64,000 nucleotides of DNA from contig CBDCDZ010000004.1 of NCBI GenBank assembly GCA_965215565.1, positions 1,408,001 to 1,472,000 of the forward strand, read 5' to 3'. Positions 15,033 to 25,071 of the stretch are shown here, one piece after another. How positions within the stretch are numbered: position 1 is the stretch's first letter; each line of letters opens with the position of its first letter. A program made the position numbers and the translations under genes. Source of the stretch: Trueperaceae bacterium (lineage in GTDB: Bacteria > Deinococcota > Deinococci > Deinococcales > Trueperaceae). Under the pieces are notes generated by a model that had not been told where the DNA came from, ran no database searches, and worked only from the letters and a program-made list of their open reading frames with translations.

Positions 15033-17951
15033 CTAGCTTAGCGCGTGAGCGACTGCCTCTTCTAAAGTCAACTTCTGCCCAGCTTCCCAAGCCGCCTGGA
15101 AACCTTCGTTTCCTAGATTCTCTCGCGCTATATTAAGAGCCTGCTCGTATACCTGCTCTTCTTTTTTGGGTAAAGGCTGACCTATCTCTCGGCGTACGGA
15201 TGAGGCACTACTCCAAACTTGAGTACTATGAGAGAATTGTCCCACAGAGCACATCAATTCCGCGTATATTTCCAAGCTCAATAAAATAACTCTTACTATA
15301 CCTGCCTCGCTTCCAACTTCTAAACTCTTTTGTACATATCGCTTCGCTGCTTCATAATCCCCTTGCTTTCTTAGTACATCACCTATGTTGCCAAGAGCTA
15401 GGGCAAGACCGTACTTGTCCTCTATGCGCCTATAGATTGCTAAAGCTTCCTCATAAAGAGCTTTCGAAATGGAGAGATTGTCTCGAGCATCTTCAACCGT
15501 TCCTAAACCCATCAGCATCACTGCTACAAACAAATTATTCTTTATGCGCTTCGCTATAAGGAGACCTTCTCGGTATAGCTCCTGTGCGGTTACGTGGTGT
15601 CCTTGATTTGCCTCTAAAAGAGCCAAGTTATTGAGCAACACAGCGGTATACACCAAGTCTCCGAGTTCTTTTGCAATAGACAAACCCTTTTCGTAGTGTG
15701 TTTGAGCGATTCGCTCGTGGCCTTGCTCCTCCTCTAGCAGTCCCAAACCGTTAAGTAACTTCATGGTCTCGTCCATAGCGCCCACGCGGTTACTGAGTTC
15801 TATACCCTCCTGGTAGTAAGCGAGAGCTGTTTCGTAGTCGCCTAAACTACGCATCACGTTGCCTAAGCCTCGTCGCAAGCTGATGCTACGTTTTTCAATA
15901 CTCAGCACCGCGTCTAGTTTGATACTTTCCTCTAAATATCTGCGGGAAGTTTTCGGGTTGCCGAGTTTTTCAGCTATCAATCCAGCGGCTTCTAGCGCTT
16001 TTATTCTCGCGAGCACATCACCTTTACCCGTCAGCCTTAGCACTTGAGTCAGCCACCCGAGTCCTTCTTTGAGATAAGCCCGCCGTAGCCAGAATTCTCT
16101 TAGTGCATTGACCAGTTGCAACGCTACATCAGCTTCTTCCTGGTCTATAGACCAGCGAAGCGCGGCTCGAAGATTATTGAGTTCATTGTCAAGCGTATCG
16201 AGCCACGCTACTTGACCCTCATCTTTCAGTTTAGGTTCTGCATTTTTAGCGAAAGCGAGAAAGTATTCAGCGTGACGGCTCTTTACTCTGTCAACCTTAT
16301 CCGATTCGGCTAATCGCTGTTCAAGATACTGCTTCGTCAAAGGATGAAACCCGTACCGTCCACTCTGCTCTAAAGTTACGAACGACGTAGAAATCAACCT
16401 CATAAGCTGCTCTAGCTCCACCCCCGCAACTTCAAGCGCCGCCTCTCTCGTAAAGCCCCCAGCAAACACGGATAGTTTCCGCAACGCCGCTTGGTCTTCA
16501 GCCGTAAGGCGTTGCCAAGATTGCGTAAACACGCCCTCCATACTCTGATGTCTTTGATCGCGCACAGAATGCGTCGCTTTTAACACCTCTATACCCTGCC
16601 CCACCTCACGTACAACTTCATTCAGCGACACCGTAGAGAGCCACGCCGCCGCGAACTCGAGCGCTAAAGGTGAGCCGCCTGTCAAGTCGCATAGTCGCGC
16701 CAGGTCTTCGTATTCGCTAGGCGCGAGGGAGAGGTCTAAGCGCGATTGTTTGGCGCGTTCGGCGAAGAGTTGGGGTGCGTCGTAAGTAAAGAGGTTATCG
16801 TCAGTGTTGAGTGGATAGGAGAGCCCGCCGACGCGAAAGACCCATTCGTCCTCCAAGTCGAGACGAGCACGTGACGTGACCAAAAGTTTGAGGTTGGGGC
16901 GTGAGGCGAGCAGCGCCGAGACCGTTGACAGGTCCTCTAGCAAATGCTCCATGTTGTCTAAAACGAGGAGCATCTGCTTCTTGCCGATGTAGGACTGGAT
17001 GAGGCCTAAGTGGGATTCTCGCCCTTTAGGGGACAACTCTAGCGCCTCGGCGATGCGCGTAGGAATGAGATCGGCGGAGGTGAGGGACTCGAGCGCGGCG
17101 AGGTAGACACCGTCCTCAACGTGCGGCTGAGAGAGTTGCGCGTGCGCCACGTTCAACGCGAGGCGCGATTTTCCTATGCCGCCTGGTCCCATCAGCGTGA
17201 GAAGTCGGCAATTCGGATCGCTGAGTTGCGAGCTAAGCGTTTCTATCTCCTCTTGACGCCCGATAAAAGCGTTCTTTGGTGAGGGCAGGTTGTGAGGGAC
17301 TACCTCACTGAATTTAGCGCGTGATGGAGCCGCTTTGACGAGTGTAAGCCCTAACTCTTCAGCTTCTGCGGCGACGGCTTGCGCCGCCTCGTGCCCGCCT
17401 TCTTGAAGCAGATCAAAGATGAGGGTCAACGTTTCAGGTTCGAGCGCGGGTGCGGCGGGCAGGGTGTAGGCGGTCTCGGCGTACTGTGCAGCGAGTTCGG
17501 CGCGGCTCTCCTCGGCGTAGTGCTCGGCGAGCTTCAAGAGGCTCGTTTGCGCCTGCGCCGCGAACGTCTCGCGCGTATCGTAAACCCAAGATTCCAAGTT
17601 GGCGCTCCAGTCAGGCAACGCAACATCTTCTAGGAAGGGTCCCTGATAGAGATTCAGCGCCGCTTTATGTTGCCCCCGCTCCGCCGCTCTCGAAAAGGCG
17701 AGCGCATCCGTAGGCAGCGTGCTCTTGACGCTATGCGCGTCGCTTTCGATGCTACCCGGACGCGCTTTTCGGAGTCGGCTCAGCGCGACGGAGAGGTCTC
17801 CAAAGGGATCTTTAGCGTCGGACCAAAAAAGCTGCGCGAGGTGCTTTCTGCTCTGCCGCCCCTCCAGGCTCAAGTAGGACAGCAAGACGAGCGGCTTGAG
17901 CCGAGTGAAATGCGTATCGCCCAGCGAGAGCTTTCCTAACGTGTAGAGCAT
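15033..17951 (-). CDS. AfsR/SARP-like regulator: N-terminal wHTH/BTAD-like region, STAND ATPase, TPR repeats
   Basis: HNLP...FIGR, GPGGIGKS Walker A, LLVLDNMEH Walker B, many C-terminal TPRs. Confidence 0.9.
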   Translation of the reverse strand: MLYTLGKLSLGDTHFTRLKPLVLLSYLSLEGRQSRKHLAQLFWSDAKDPFGDLSVALSRLRKARPGSIESDAHSVKSTLPTDALAFSRAAERGQHKAALNLYQGPFLEDVALPDWSANLESWVYDTRETFAAQAQTSLLKLAEHYAEESRAELAAQYAETAYTLPAAPALEPETLTLIFDLLQEGGHEAAQAVAAEAEELGLTLVKAAPSRAKFSEVVPHNLPSPKNAFIGRQEEIETLSSQLSDPNCRLLTLMGPGGIGKSRLALNVAHAQLSQPHVEDGVYLAALESLTSADLIPTRIAEALELSPKGRESHLGLIQSYIGKKQMLLVLDNMEHLLEDLSTVSALLASRPNLKLLVTSRARLDLEDEWVFRVGGLSYPLNTDDNLFTYDAPQLFAERAKQSRLDLSLAPSEYEDLARLCDLTGGSPLALEFAAAWLSTVSLNEVVREVGQGIEVLKATHSVRDQRHQSMEGVFTQSWQRLTAEDQAALRKLSVFAGGFTREAALEVAGVELEQLMRLISTSFVTLEQSGRYGFHPLTKQYLEQRLAESDKVDRVKSRHAEYFLAFAKNAEPKLKDEGQVAWLDTLDNELNNLRAALRWSIDQEEADVALQLVNALREFWLRRAYLKEGLGWLTQVLRLTGKGDVLARIKALEAAGLIAEKLGNPKTSRRYLEESIKLDAVLSIEKRSISLRRGLGNVMRSLGDYETALAYYQEGIELSNRVGAMDETMKLLNGLGLLEEEQGHERIAQTHYEKGLSIAKELGDLVYTAVLLNNLALLEANQGHHVTAQELYREGLLIAKRIKNNLFVAVMLMGLGTVEDARDNLSISKALYEEALAIYRRIEDKYGLALALGNIGDVLRKQGDYEAAKRYVQKSLEVGSEAGIVRVILLSLEIYAELMCSVGQFSHSTQVWSSASSVRREIGQPLPKKEEQVYEQALNIARENLGNEGFQAAWEAGQKLTLEEAVAHALS

Positions 17952-18090
17952 CTGTATCTCCCTGCTAAAAACCTCTTACCAGAAGTAATGTACTCACCAA
18001 AAACTGCTTTCACTATTTTGACTCAGGATAGTCGGTAGCTCGAGCCTTGTTTGTAACCTCTCTATGAAAAAACGTTAATCTTCTCACACT

Positions 18091-18132
18091 TCGGAAAGCT
18101 CTGGAAAGCCCTGGAAAGCGTCCCCCTATATT
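18091..18132 (+). promoter_or_regulatory. Three 10-nt direct repeats upstream of a -10 box (candidate activator site)
   Basis: tcggaaagct ctggaaagcc ctggaaagcg then TATATT at 18127-18132. Confidence 0.55.
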
Positions 18133-18366
18133 CTTCGGTCAAGTTCAGAAAAGAGGAGGGTCCGAAGCGTTGGAAATGCCACAACTGCGGCGAGCAGCTC
18201 GAGCGCATTTGGCACAGTTTCCAAACAAAAGGTTGTGCGGAAGAGGGTTAGTCAAACTTTAGCTTTCTAAGGGGAAGAGCTGAATAAGAGCTTAATTGCT
18301 GAATCACGAAGCAAGGACCCGCTGAACAGCTTTGTAACATTCTGCGCAAAATTTAGAGGAGAGAAG

Positions 18367-19650
18367 ATGAAAGCAACGAAGTTTATTCGCACCTTGGCAC
18401 CTTTATTACTCGCATTACTCGTACTCGCTGCGTGCTCTGACCTAGCAGCCGGTCCTACTGAAGATACCCAACTCGCAACCTTAGCCGGTACTACGTACTA
18501 CGTTTCGACTACGGGCAGCAATAGCAACGACGGTAAGTCAACGAGCAGACCCTTCAAAACGATTGCTAAGGCTGCGGGCGCTGCTGGACCGGGTGATACT
18601 ATCTACCTGCGCGGCGGCGTGTACAAGGAATACGTCGATGGCTACAGCGGCGGGTCAAATACCTACTTCACGAGGAGTGGTGTAAGTGGTAGCCCCATCA
18701 CCATCGCGAGCTATCCTGGCGAACGCGCGACCATCGACGGCAGCAGCTTGACGGGTGAAAATGGCGGCAGATACCTCTTACAAATCAACGCGAATTACAT
18801 CGTTGTTCGTGACCTCAACCTCCGCAATAGCGTAGGCAAGGGAATACGCGCAGCGGGTAACAACAACACCATTAGCGGTGTTCGTTCCTTCGCCAACCGT
18901 GAAGACGGCATCTACGTCAACGGTGATAACAACCTTATCGAGCGTAACGAGTCTTACGACAACTACGACCGCGGCTCAGGCGGGGACAGCGGCGACGGCA
19001 TTAAGGTAGGCGGGCAGAGCAAAGGCGTCGTCATCAAACACAATCGTGTTTATAACAACTCTGACGACGGCATTGACGTTTGGGATTCGGTAGACGCACT
19101 TGTTACCAACAACATCTCTTACAGCAACGGACGTGGAACATCAGGCAACGGTAACGGCTATAAGTTGGGCGGTGGTAACGGTCTTCCACCTGCTGGTACT
19201 AGACCAGCTAACAGCGGTGTGGAGGCCAAATACAACGTTGGTTATAAAAATAAGGCGAGTAATTTTGAGACGAACACGACTAACGGGGTATCACTCTACA
19301 GAAATACTTCGTGGGCTTCAAGTGGAGTTGGCTTCGAATTCGGTGCTAAAAACGGCGTATCCGACGATTTCGTGAACCGCAACCTCAGCTATCAAGATAA
19401 AACAGCTTTCAATGACGGTCCTGCGGACAGCTTCCCGAAAGGCTACATGCAGAATTCATGGCAAGAGGGAATCACCAACCCTGGTCTCAATACCAACCCT
19501 TCAAGCTCCGGGTTCATGAGCATCCCCTCGAGCAGCCCCGCAGCGAACGTAGACGGCTCCCCGATTGGCGCAGTCAGCCCAGGAAAAACGCTGAGCAGCA
19601 ACATCCCCTCGCAAACCTGCGGCGGTTCAGGATACGGCGCTTGTCCGTAA
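18367..19650 (+). CDS. Lipoprotein with right-handed beta-helix (pectate lyase PL9-like)
   Basis: LAAC lipobox, TYYVS..G.NSNDG..PFKTI..A..GPGDTIYLRGGVY, NSDDGID.W, GNGNGYKLGG. Confidence 0.85.
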   Translation: MKATKFIRTLAPLLLALLVLAACSDLAAGPTEDTQLATLAGTTYYVSTTGSNSNDGKSTSRPFKTIAKAAGAAGPGDTIYLRGGVYKEYVDGYSGGSNTYFTRSGVSGSPITIASYPGERATIDGSSLTGENGGRYLLQINANYIVVRDLNLRNSVGKGIRAAGNNNTISGVRSFANREDGIYVNGDNNLIERNESYDNYDRGSGGDSGDGIKVGGQSKGVVIKHNRVYNNSDDGIDVWDSVDALVTNNISYSNGRGTSGNGNGYKLGGGNGLPPAGTRPANSGVEAKYNVGYKNKASNFETNTTNGVSLYRNTSWASSGVGFEFGAKNGVSDDFVNRNLSYQDKTAFNDGPADSFPKGYMQNSWQEGITNPGLNTNPSSSGFMSIPSSSPAANVDGSPIGAVSPGKTLSSNIPSQTCGGSGYGACP

Positions 19651-19814
19651 TCAGTCTCAAGGTTGAAAAAAGGTAGGAGCACTTAGAATAAGAGGCGGTC
19701 AAAACCGCCTCTTCTCTCTTTGGCACACTTCGCTGACGCAAGTGAAGCGCCCTAAATCCCAAACTACAATTTGTCAGCCTTGCATCTTCTCTCCTCGAGC
19801 CTATATATTTATAC

Positions 19815-21377
19815 GTGCGCTCCCCTCCCGCCCCTACGACAACCCAGAGTAAAGACACCCTGCTCGAGATGCACGCCATCACCAAACGCTTCCCCGGCGT
19901 CATTGCAAACGACAGCGTGAGTTTGACCTTACACGCCGGCGAAGTCCACGCGCTTTTGGGCGAAAACGGCGCGGGCAAAACGACCCTGATTAGCATCCTT
20001 TATGGTCTCTACAACCCGGATGAGGGCGAGATTTTCGTGCGCGGCGAAGCGGTACACTTTCGCTCGCCGAAAGACGCGATAAGTGCGGGTATCGGGCTTA
20101 TCGCGCAACACTTCATGCTCGTCAAGAAGCACACGGTGGCGGAGAACATCGCATTGGGCTTAGAGCGCACGCCTTTTTTCTTCCCGCTACGCAACCTCAA
20201 AACGCAGATTAGAGAGCTGGGCGAGCGCTACGGGCTGGGCGTAGACCCGGACGCTTACGTCAATGAACTCTCAGCGGGCGAGCAGCAGCGCGTGGAGATT
20301 CTGAAGGCGCTCGTGCGCGGCGCAAAGGTGCTCATTATGGACGAGCCGACGGGCGTGCTGACGCCGCAGGAGGCGCAGAACCTCTTCAGCGTTTTAGCGC
20401 GAATGAAAGAGGCGGGGCACGCGGTCATTTTCATCACCCATAAGCTCAGCGAGGTCTTAGCTATCGCGGACCGCATTACCGTATTGCGCAAAGGAGCAGT
20501 GGTGGGCGCGCTGGACCGTAGCGAGGCGAACGAGAAGACCTTGGCGCGGCTGATGGTCGGGCGCGAGGTCGCGCCGGTACGCCTAAAGAGGACGGTAGGC
20601 GAGGGGAATAAGGGCGTTGTTTTGGAAGCTGACAAGCTCTCCGCGCAGAGCGAACGCGACACAGCGGCGCTCAAAGAGGTTTCATTTCACGTTAAACGCG
20701 GCGAGATTTTGGGCGTGGCGGGCGTAGCAGGCAACGGTCAGAGCGAACTCATTGAGGTTGTTACCGGACATCGCCCTCTGGGCGCCGGACGACTCACCTT
20801 GGCAGGCGAAGACGTCACCTCACTAGATAGTCGAGGGCGCTTTGAGCGCGGCGTCGCGCACATCCCTGAAGACCGTAACGGCGTAGGCGTCGTGCCGACG
20901 CTCTCGGTGGCGGAGAACTTGGCTTTGCGGCACTACCGCTACGCGCCCCTTGCAAGAGGACCGCTCCTCAATCCGAAAGCCGTCGCGTACTTTGCCGAAC
21001 GCGCCATCGAAACATACGACATCGCGACGCCTTCGCGCCGCACGCCCGCGCGCCTCCTCTCGGGCGGCAATATTCAGAAGCTCATCTTGGCTCGGGAGCT
21101 GTCCAACTTGAGTGAGCGCTCCAACACCTCGCTTATCGTCGCCTCGCACCCGACGTACGGACTCGACGTGGGCGCGGCGGCGCAGGTACACCGGGCACTT
21201 TTAGAAGAGCGCAGCGAAGGGAGCGGCGTGCTGCTCGTGTCCGAAGATTTAGAGGAACTCTTAGGGTTAGCAGACCGAATCATGGTGATGTTTGCGGGTG
21301 AGGTCATGGGAACGCTCAAAGGCGAACAAGCGGAGCGCGAGCAGCTCGGGCTGATGATGGCGGGGGTGAGGGCGTGA
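19815..21377 (+). CDS. ABC transporter ATP-binding protein (nucleoside/sugar type, two NBDs)
   Basis: GENGAGKT, LSAGEQQRVEI, LSGGNIQK. Confidence 0.93.
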   Translation: MRSPPAPTTTQSKDTLLEMHAITKRFPGVIANDSVSLTLHAGEVHALLGENGAGKTTLISILYGLYNPDEGEIFVRGEAVHFRSPKDAISAGIGLIAQHFMLVKKHTVAENIALGLERTPFFFPLRNLKTQIRELGERYGLGVDPDAYVNELSAGEQQRVEILKALVRGAKVLIMDEPTGVLTPQEAQNLFSVLARMKEAGHAVIFITHKLSEVLAIADRITVLRKGAVVGALDRSEANEKTLARLMVGREVAPVRLKRTVGEGNKGVVLEADKLSAQSERDTAALKEVSFHVKRGEILGVAGVAGNGQSELIEVVTGHRPLGAGRLTLAGEDVTSLDSRGRFERGVAHIPEDRNGVGVVPTLSVAENLALRHYRYAPLARGPLLNPKAVAYFAERAIETYDIATPSRRTPARLLSGGNIQKLILARELSNLSERSNTSLIVASHPTYGLDVGAAAQVHRALLEERSEGSGVLLVSEDLEELLGLADRIMVMFAGEVMGTLKGEQAEREQLGLMMAGVRA

Positions 21378-22495
21378 GCGGACTTACAGGCTGGCGGCTC
21401 GAGCGTCAACCCTCCCCCTCCCCTTTGGCCGTCATCGGCGTCTCGTTAGGCGCGATTTTTGCGGCGCTTATTGTGACAGGGTTTATCTTCTGGTTCTACG
21501 GCTTCAATCCGCTCGAGGCTTACGGCACAATTCTGAGCAGCACGTTGGGCAACTTCAGAGGCTTCGCCGAAGTGTTGCGCAAGAGTATTCCACTCCTCTT
21601 AGCGGGTGTCGGCTTGGTGCTGGCGTTCCGGGCGCAGTTCTGGAACATCGGGGCGGAGGGGCAGATTTTAGTCGGCGCGGTGGCAGCGTCGGGCGTGGCA
21701 CTTTTCGTCCCCTTGCCCGGTCCTCTTTACTTGCCCACGATGTTCTTAGCGGGCTTCGTCGGCGGCGCACTCTGGGGGCTCGTGCCCGCACTGCTCAAAG
21801 TCCGTTTGGGCGTCAACGAAATCATTACCACGCTGATGCTCAACTACGTAGCGATTTACCTCGTGCAGTACCTCATCTATGGACCTTGGAAGGGCGCAGC
21901 CACACGCGGAATGCCCATCTCCGACTTCTTCCCCGACGCGGCGTGGCTGCCCGTCATCCCCGGCACGCGGCTCCACTGGCCGACGCTCGTTCTAGGACTT
22001 TTACTCGCCCTATTTGTCGCCTTTTTGCTCGCGCGCACGAAGCTCGGCTTCGAGATTCGCGTGCTCGGGCAGAGCCCCCAGGCGGCGCGGTATGCGGGGG
22101 TGAACTTTCTCAAGACGACGCTGGTTCTGGTTCTCATCTCGGCGGGCGCGGCGGGCTTAGCGGGCGTAGGCGAGGTGGCGGGCATCTATCACCGCCTCAC
22201 CGACCCCGCGCAGCTCTCGCTCGGCTACGGCTACACGGCGATTATCGTGGCGCTTTTGGCGCGGAACAACCCTATCGCGGCTGTTTTTACCGCGCTCTTT
22301 TTAGGCTTCGTCTTCGCGAGCGGCGACGTGATGCGGGTCTCGCTCCGCTTGCCCTTCCAAATGACGAACGTCATCAGCGGTCTGGTGCTCCTCTTCATGA
22401 TCGCGAGCGAGCCGCTCTTGCGCTACAGGTTGCGCCGGGTGAGGAGGGATTCAGCGGTGACGGATGTCGAGTCTCGCAGGTCTCGGCAGAGCTAA
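21374..22495 (+). CDS. ABC transporter permease (nucleoside type)
   Basis: WNIGAEGQ, NEIITTLMLNY, GYGYTAIIVALL. Confidence 0.92.
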   Translation: MSGLTGWRLERQPSPSPLAVIGVSLGAIFAALIVTGFIFWFYGFNPLEAYGTILSSTLGNFRGFAEVLRKSIPLLLAGVGLVLAFRAQFWNIGAEGQILVGAVAASGVALFVPLPGPLYLPTMFLAGFVGGALWGLVPALLKVRLGVNEIITTLMLNYVAIYLVQYLIYGPWKGAATRGMPISDFFPDAAWLPVIPGTRLHWPTLVLGLLLALFVAFLLARTKLGFEIRVLGQSPQAARYAGVNFLKTTLVLVLISAGAAGLAGVGEVAGIYHRLTDPAQLSLGYGYTAIIVALLARNNPIAAVFTALFLGFVFASGDVMRVSLRLPFQMTNVISGLVLLFMIASEPLLRYRLRRVRRDSAVTDVESRRSRQS

Positions 22496-22632
22496 ATAAG
22501 GGAGTTGAAAGCAATGAGCAATGAGTGAAACCCTTTAGACTCATTGCTTTCAACTCATTGCTCACCGTTCGTCCAGCTCGACTGGATTGCTCTGAACTCA
22601 TCACTGTATAGATAAAGAATTAAGGAGAACAC

Positions 22633-23559
22633 GTGGAAGCAGACTGGCTCATCAGCACGGTAGGACGCGCGCTCGCGTTCAGCACGCCGCTTCTTTGGGC
22701 GGCGCTGGGTGAAATCTACGCCGAACGCGCCGGGGTGGTGAATTTGGGGCTCGAGGGGATGATGATTCTAGGCGCAATCATGGGCTTTATTGCGGGTCAA
22801 ACAACGGGCTCGCCCCTCTTAGGTCTTGTGGTGGCGGCGGGTGCGGGTGGGCTCGCGGCACTTTTGCACGCCTTTATTTCCATCACCTTGCGGGCGAACC
22901 AATACGTCTCCGGCTTAGCGCTCACGATTTTGGGGCTCGGTTTGGCAGGGCTCTTGGGTAGAGGATACGAGGGAATCCCGCTGCGTCAGCCGATGCGAGC
23001 AGTGAGCGTCCCCCTACTCTCCGACATCCCTGTCATCGGTCCAGCCTTTTTCACCAATCAGTACCTCTTGACCTACGCGGGGCTTCTCATCGCGGTACTG
23101 CTCTGGTTCGTCTTGCGCTACACAAAGGTGGGCGTCACGCTTCGCTCGGTGGGTGAGTCGCCCAAAGCGGCGGACTCGCTCGGCATCAATGTGTTTACGG
23201 TGCGCTACCTCGCCGTGATTTTCGGTGGACTCATGGCGGGGATTGCAGGCGGTTATCTCTCGCTGGCGTATCGCCCCTCATGGAGCGAAGGGATGACGGC
23301 GGGGATGGGCTGGATTGCTCTAGCCATCACGATCTTCGCGGCGTGGAGCCCGCTACGCGCTATTCTGGCCGCGTTTTTGTTCGGTGCGTGCTTCCACCTC
23401 TCGTTTCGGCTGCAAGGGAGCTTCCCCACCGAGTTCTTGCAGATGCTTCCCTATGTTTTTACGATTCTAGCGCTTACGGTCATCGCGCTCAGCAAGTCGG
23501 GACGCCGCAACGGTGCGCCTGAAGCGTTGGGGGAGCCGTACTCGAGGGGGGAGAGGTAA
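22633..23559 (+). CDS. ABC transporter permease (nucleoside type)
   Basis: ERAGVVNLGLEGMM, RSVGESP.AADSLG, G.GWIALA, LPYV. Confidence 0.92.
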   Translation: MEADWLISTVGRALAFSTPLLWAALGEIYAERAGVVNLGLEGMMILGAIMGFIAGQTTGSPLLGLVVAAGAGGLAALLHAFISITLRANQYVSGLALTILGLGLAGLLGRGYEGIPLRQPMRAVSVPLLSDIPVIGPAFFTNQYLLTYAGLLIAVLLWFVLRYTKVGVTLRSVGESPKAADSLGINVFTVRYLAVIFGGLMAGIAGGYLSLAYRPSWSEGMTAGMGWIALAITIFAAWSPLRAILAAFLFGACFHLSFRLQGSFPTEFLQMLPYVFTILALTVIALSKSGRRNGAPEALGEPYSRGER

Positions 23560-23695
23560 AGGAGCATTTCAGCCGGTCAGCTTGTCAGGTTTTTCCTGAC
23601 CCGCTGACATGCTGACTAGCTTAATGAAGATGCACCCCGCACGCCATATGTGATAATTTATACAGAGTGAAACGCAGGGCAGCCCCGGAGGTTTT

Positions 23696-24850
23696 ATGAA
23701 GCGTTGGTTACTGGCACTACTCGTTCTTATCATCCCCCTAGCCACGGCACAAGAATCTGGGCAAGAGGACGACACCCTCACGGCGGGCTTTATCTACGTC
23801 GGACCGGTAGGCGACTACGGCTGGACCTTTGCCCACGACGAGGCGCGGCAGATGTTGGAAGAGGAATTCGACTGGTTGGAGACGATTTACGTCGAATCCG
23901 TTCCCGAGGGCGACGCGGAGCCCTTTATCGACCAGTTGGTGCAGCAGGGTGCCGAGGTCATTTTCACCACGAGCTTCGGTTACATGGACGCCACCATCGC
24001 GGCGGCTGCGCGCTACCCGGATGTGCTCTTCGCCCACGCGACGGGCTTTATGCGTGCACCCAACGTGGCGACGTACACCGCTGAGTTCTACCAGGTCTAC
24101 TACTTGAACGGTCTCATGGCGGGCGCGTTGACTGACGGCGACGTCGGCTATGTCGGCGCGTTCCCTATACCCGAAGTGAAGCGCCACATCGACGCCTTTA
24201 CGCTGGGCGTGCGCGAGGTCAACCCCGAAGCGAATGTTACGGTGCGCTGGATCAACGCTTGGTTCGACCCCGCCGCCGCCACCGAAGCGACGCAAGCCCT
24301 CATCGCGGAAGGCGCGGACGTTCTAGCGTTCACCGAAGATACGCCCACCGTGATTCAAGTCGCGGCGGAGCGCGGGCTGCCCAGCTTCTCGCACTACTCG
24401 CCCATGTATGAATTCGCACCCGAGTACGTCGTGTCGGGTCAGCTCGTCCACTGGGACGAAATCTACCGCGACTTTCTGACCAAAGTGCGTGACGGTACGT
24501 ATACAGCAGAAAACTTAGAAGAGGTGGATTACTGGTGGCTTTTAGCCGACGACGCCGTGGAGATGGCAGCCAGCGAAGAGGTTGTCATCAACCCGGCGTA
24601 CGAGGAAGCGCTCCGCGCCGTGACGGTAGATGACCCCGAATTAGGTGAAATCTCCGTGTATGACCTTGTGCTGACGCGCTTGGAGCAGATGGACGCTTCC
24701 CCTACCGCCTTCGACCCCTTCACCGGACCTATCTCTGACAGAAACGGTAATGTGGTGGTTGAGGAGGGCGTCACCATGAGTGTCGAAGAGTTGGCTTCGA
24801 TGCAGTGGGCCGTTGAAGGGGTGGCTGGGCCCTGGCCCGACGAACCGTAA
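23696..24850 (+). CDS. BMP family ABC substrate-binding protein
   Basis: GFIYVGPVGDYGWTFAH, IFTTSFGYMD, WFDP. Confidence 0.92.
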   Translation: MKRWLLALLVLIIPLATAQESGQEDDTLTAGFIYVGPVGDYGWTFAHDEARQMLEEEFDWLETIYVESVPEGDAEPFIDQLVQQGAEVIFTTSFGYMDATIAAAARYPDVLFAHATGFMRAPNVATYTAEFYQVYYLNGLMAGALTDGDVGYVGAFPIPEVKRHIDAFTLGVREVNPEANVTVRWINAWFDPAAATEATQALIAEGADVLAFTEDTPTVIQVAAERGLPSFSHYSPMYEFAPEYVVSGQLVHWDEIYRDFLTKVRDGTYTAENLEEVDYWWLLADDAVEMAASEEVVINPAYEEALRAVTVDDPELGEISVYDLVLTRLEQMDASPTAFDPFTGPISDRNGNVVVEEGVTMSVEELASMQWAVEGVAGPWPDEP

Positions 24851-25071
24851 GCCGCCGCCACGCCACCTTTTGCCGCGTCAGATAACGATTCTGACGCGGC
24901 TTTCTCGTGTTGGAATTCAGCGAACGTCCTGCGTTTCGTCTCGCATGTCCTTTCTCGAGTCGAAAAGCTCACAGTTCACGTTAGTGCTGGCGAAAACTTC
25001 ATAGCTGTGGACGCATCGACCTGGTTTACTTGCGGTACATAGAGACCCCAACCGTGAGCTAGCTCACCCAC

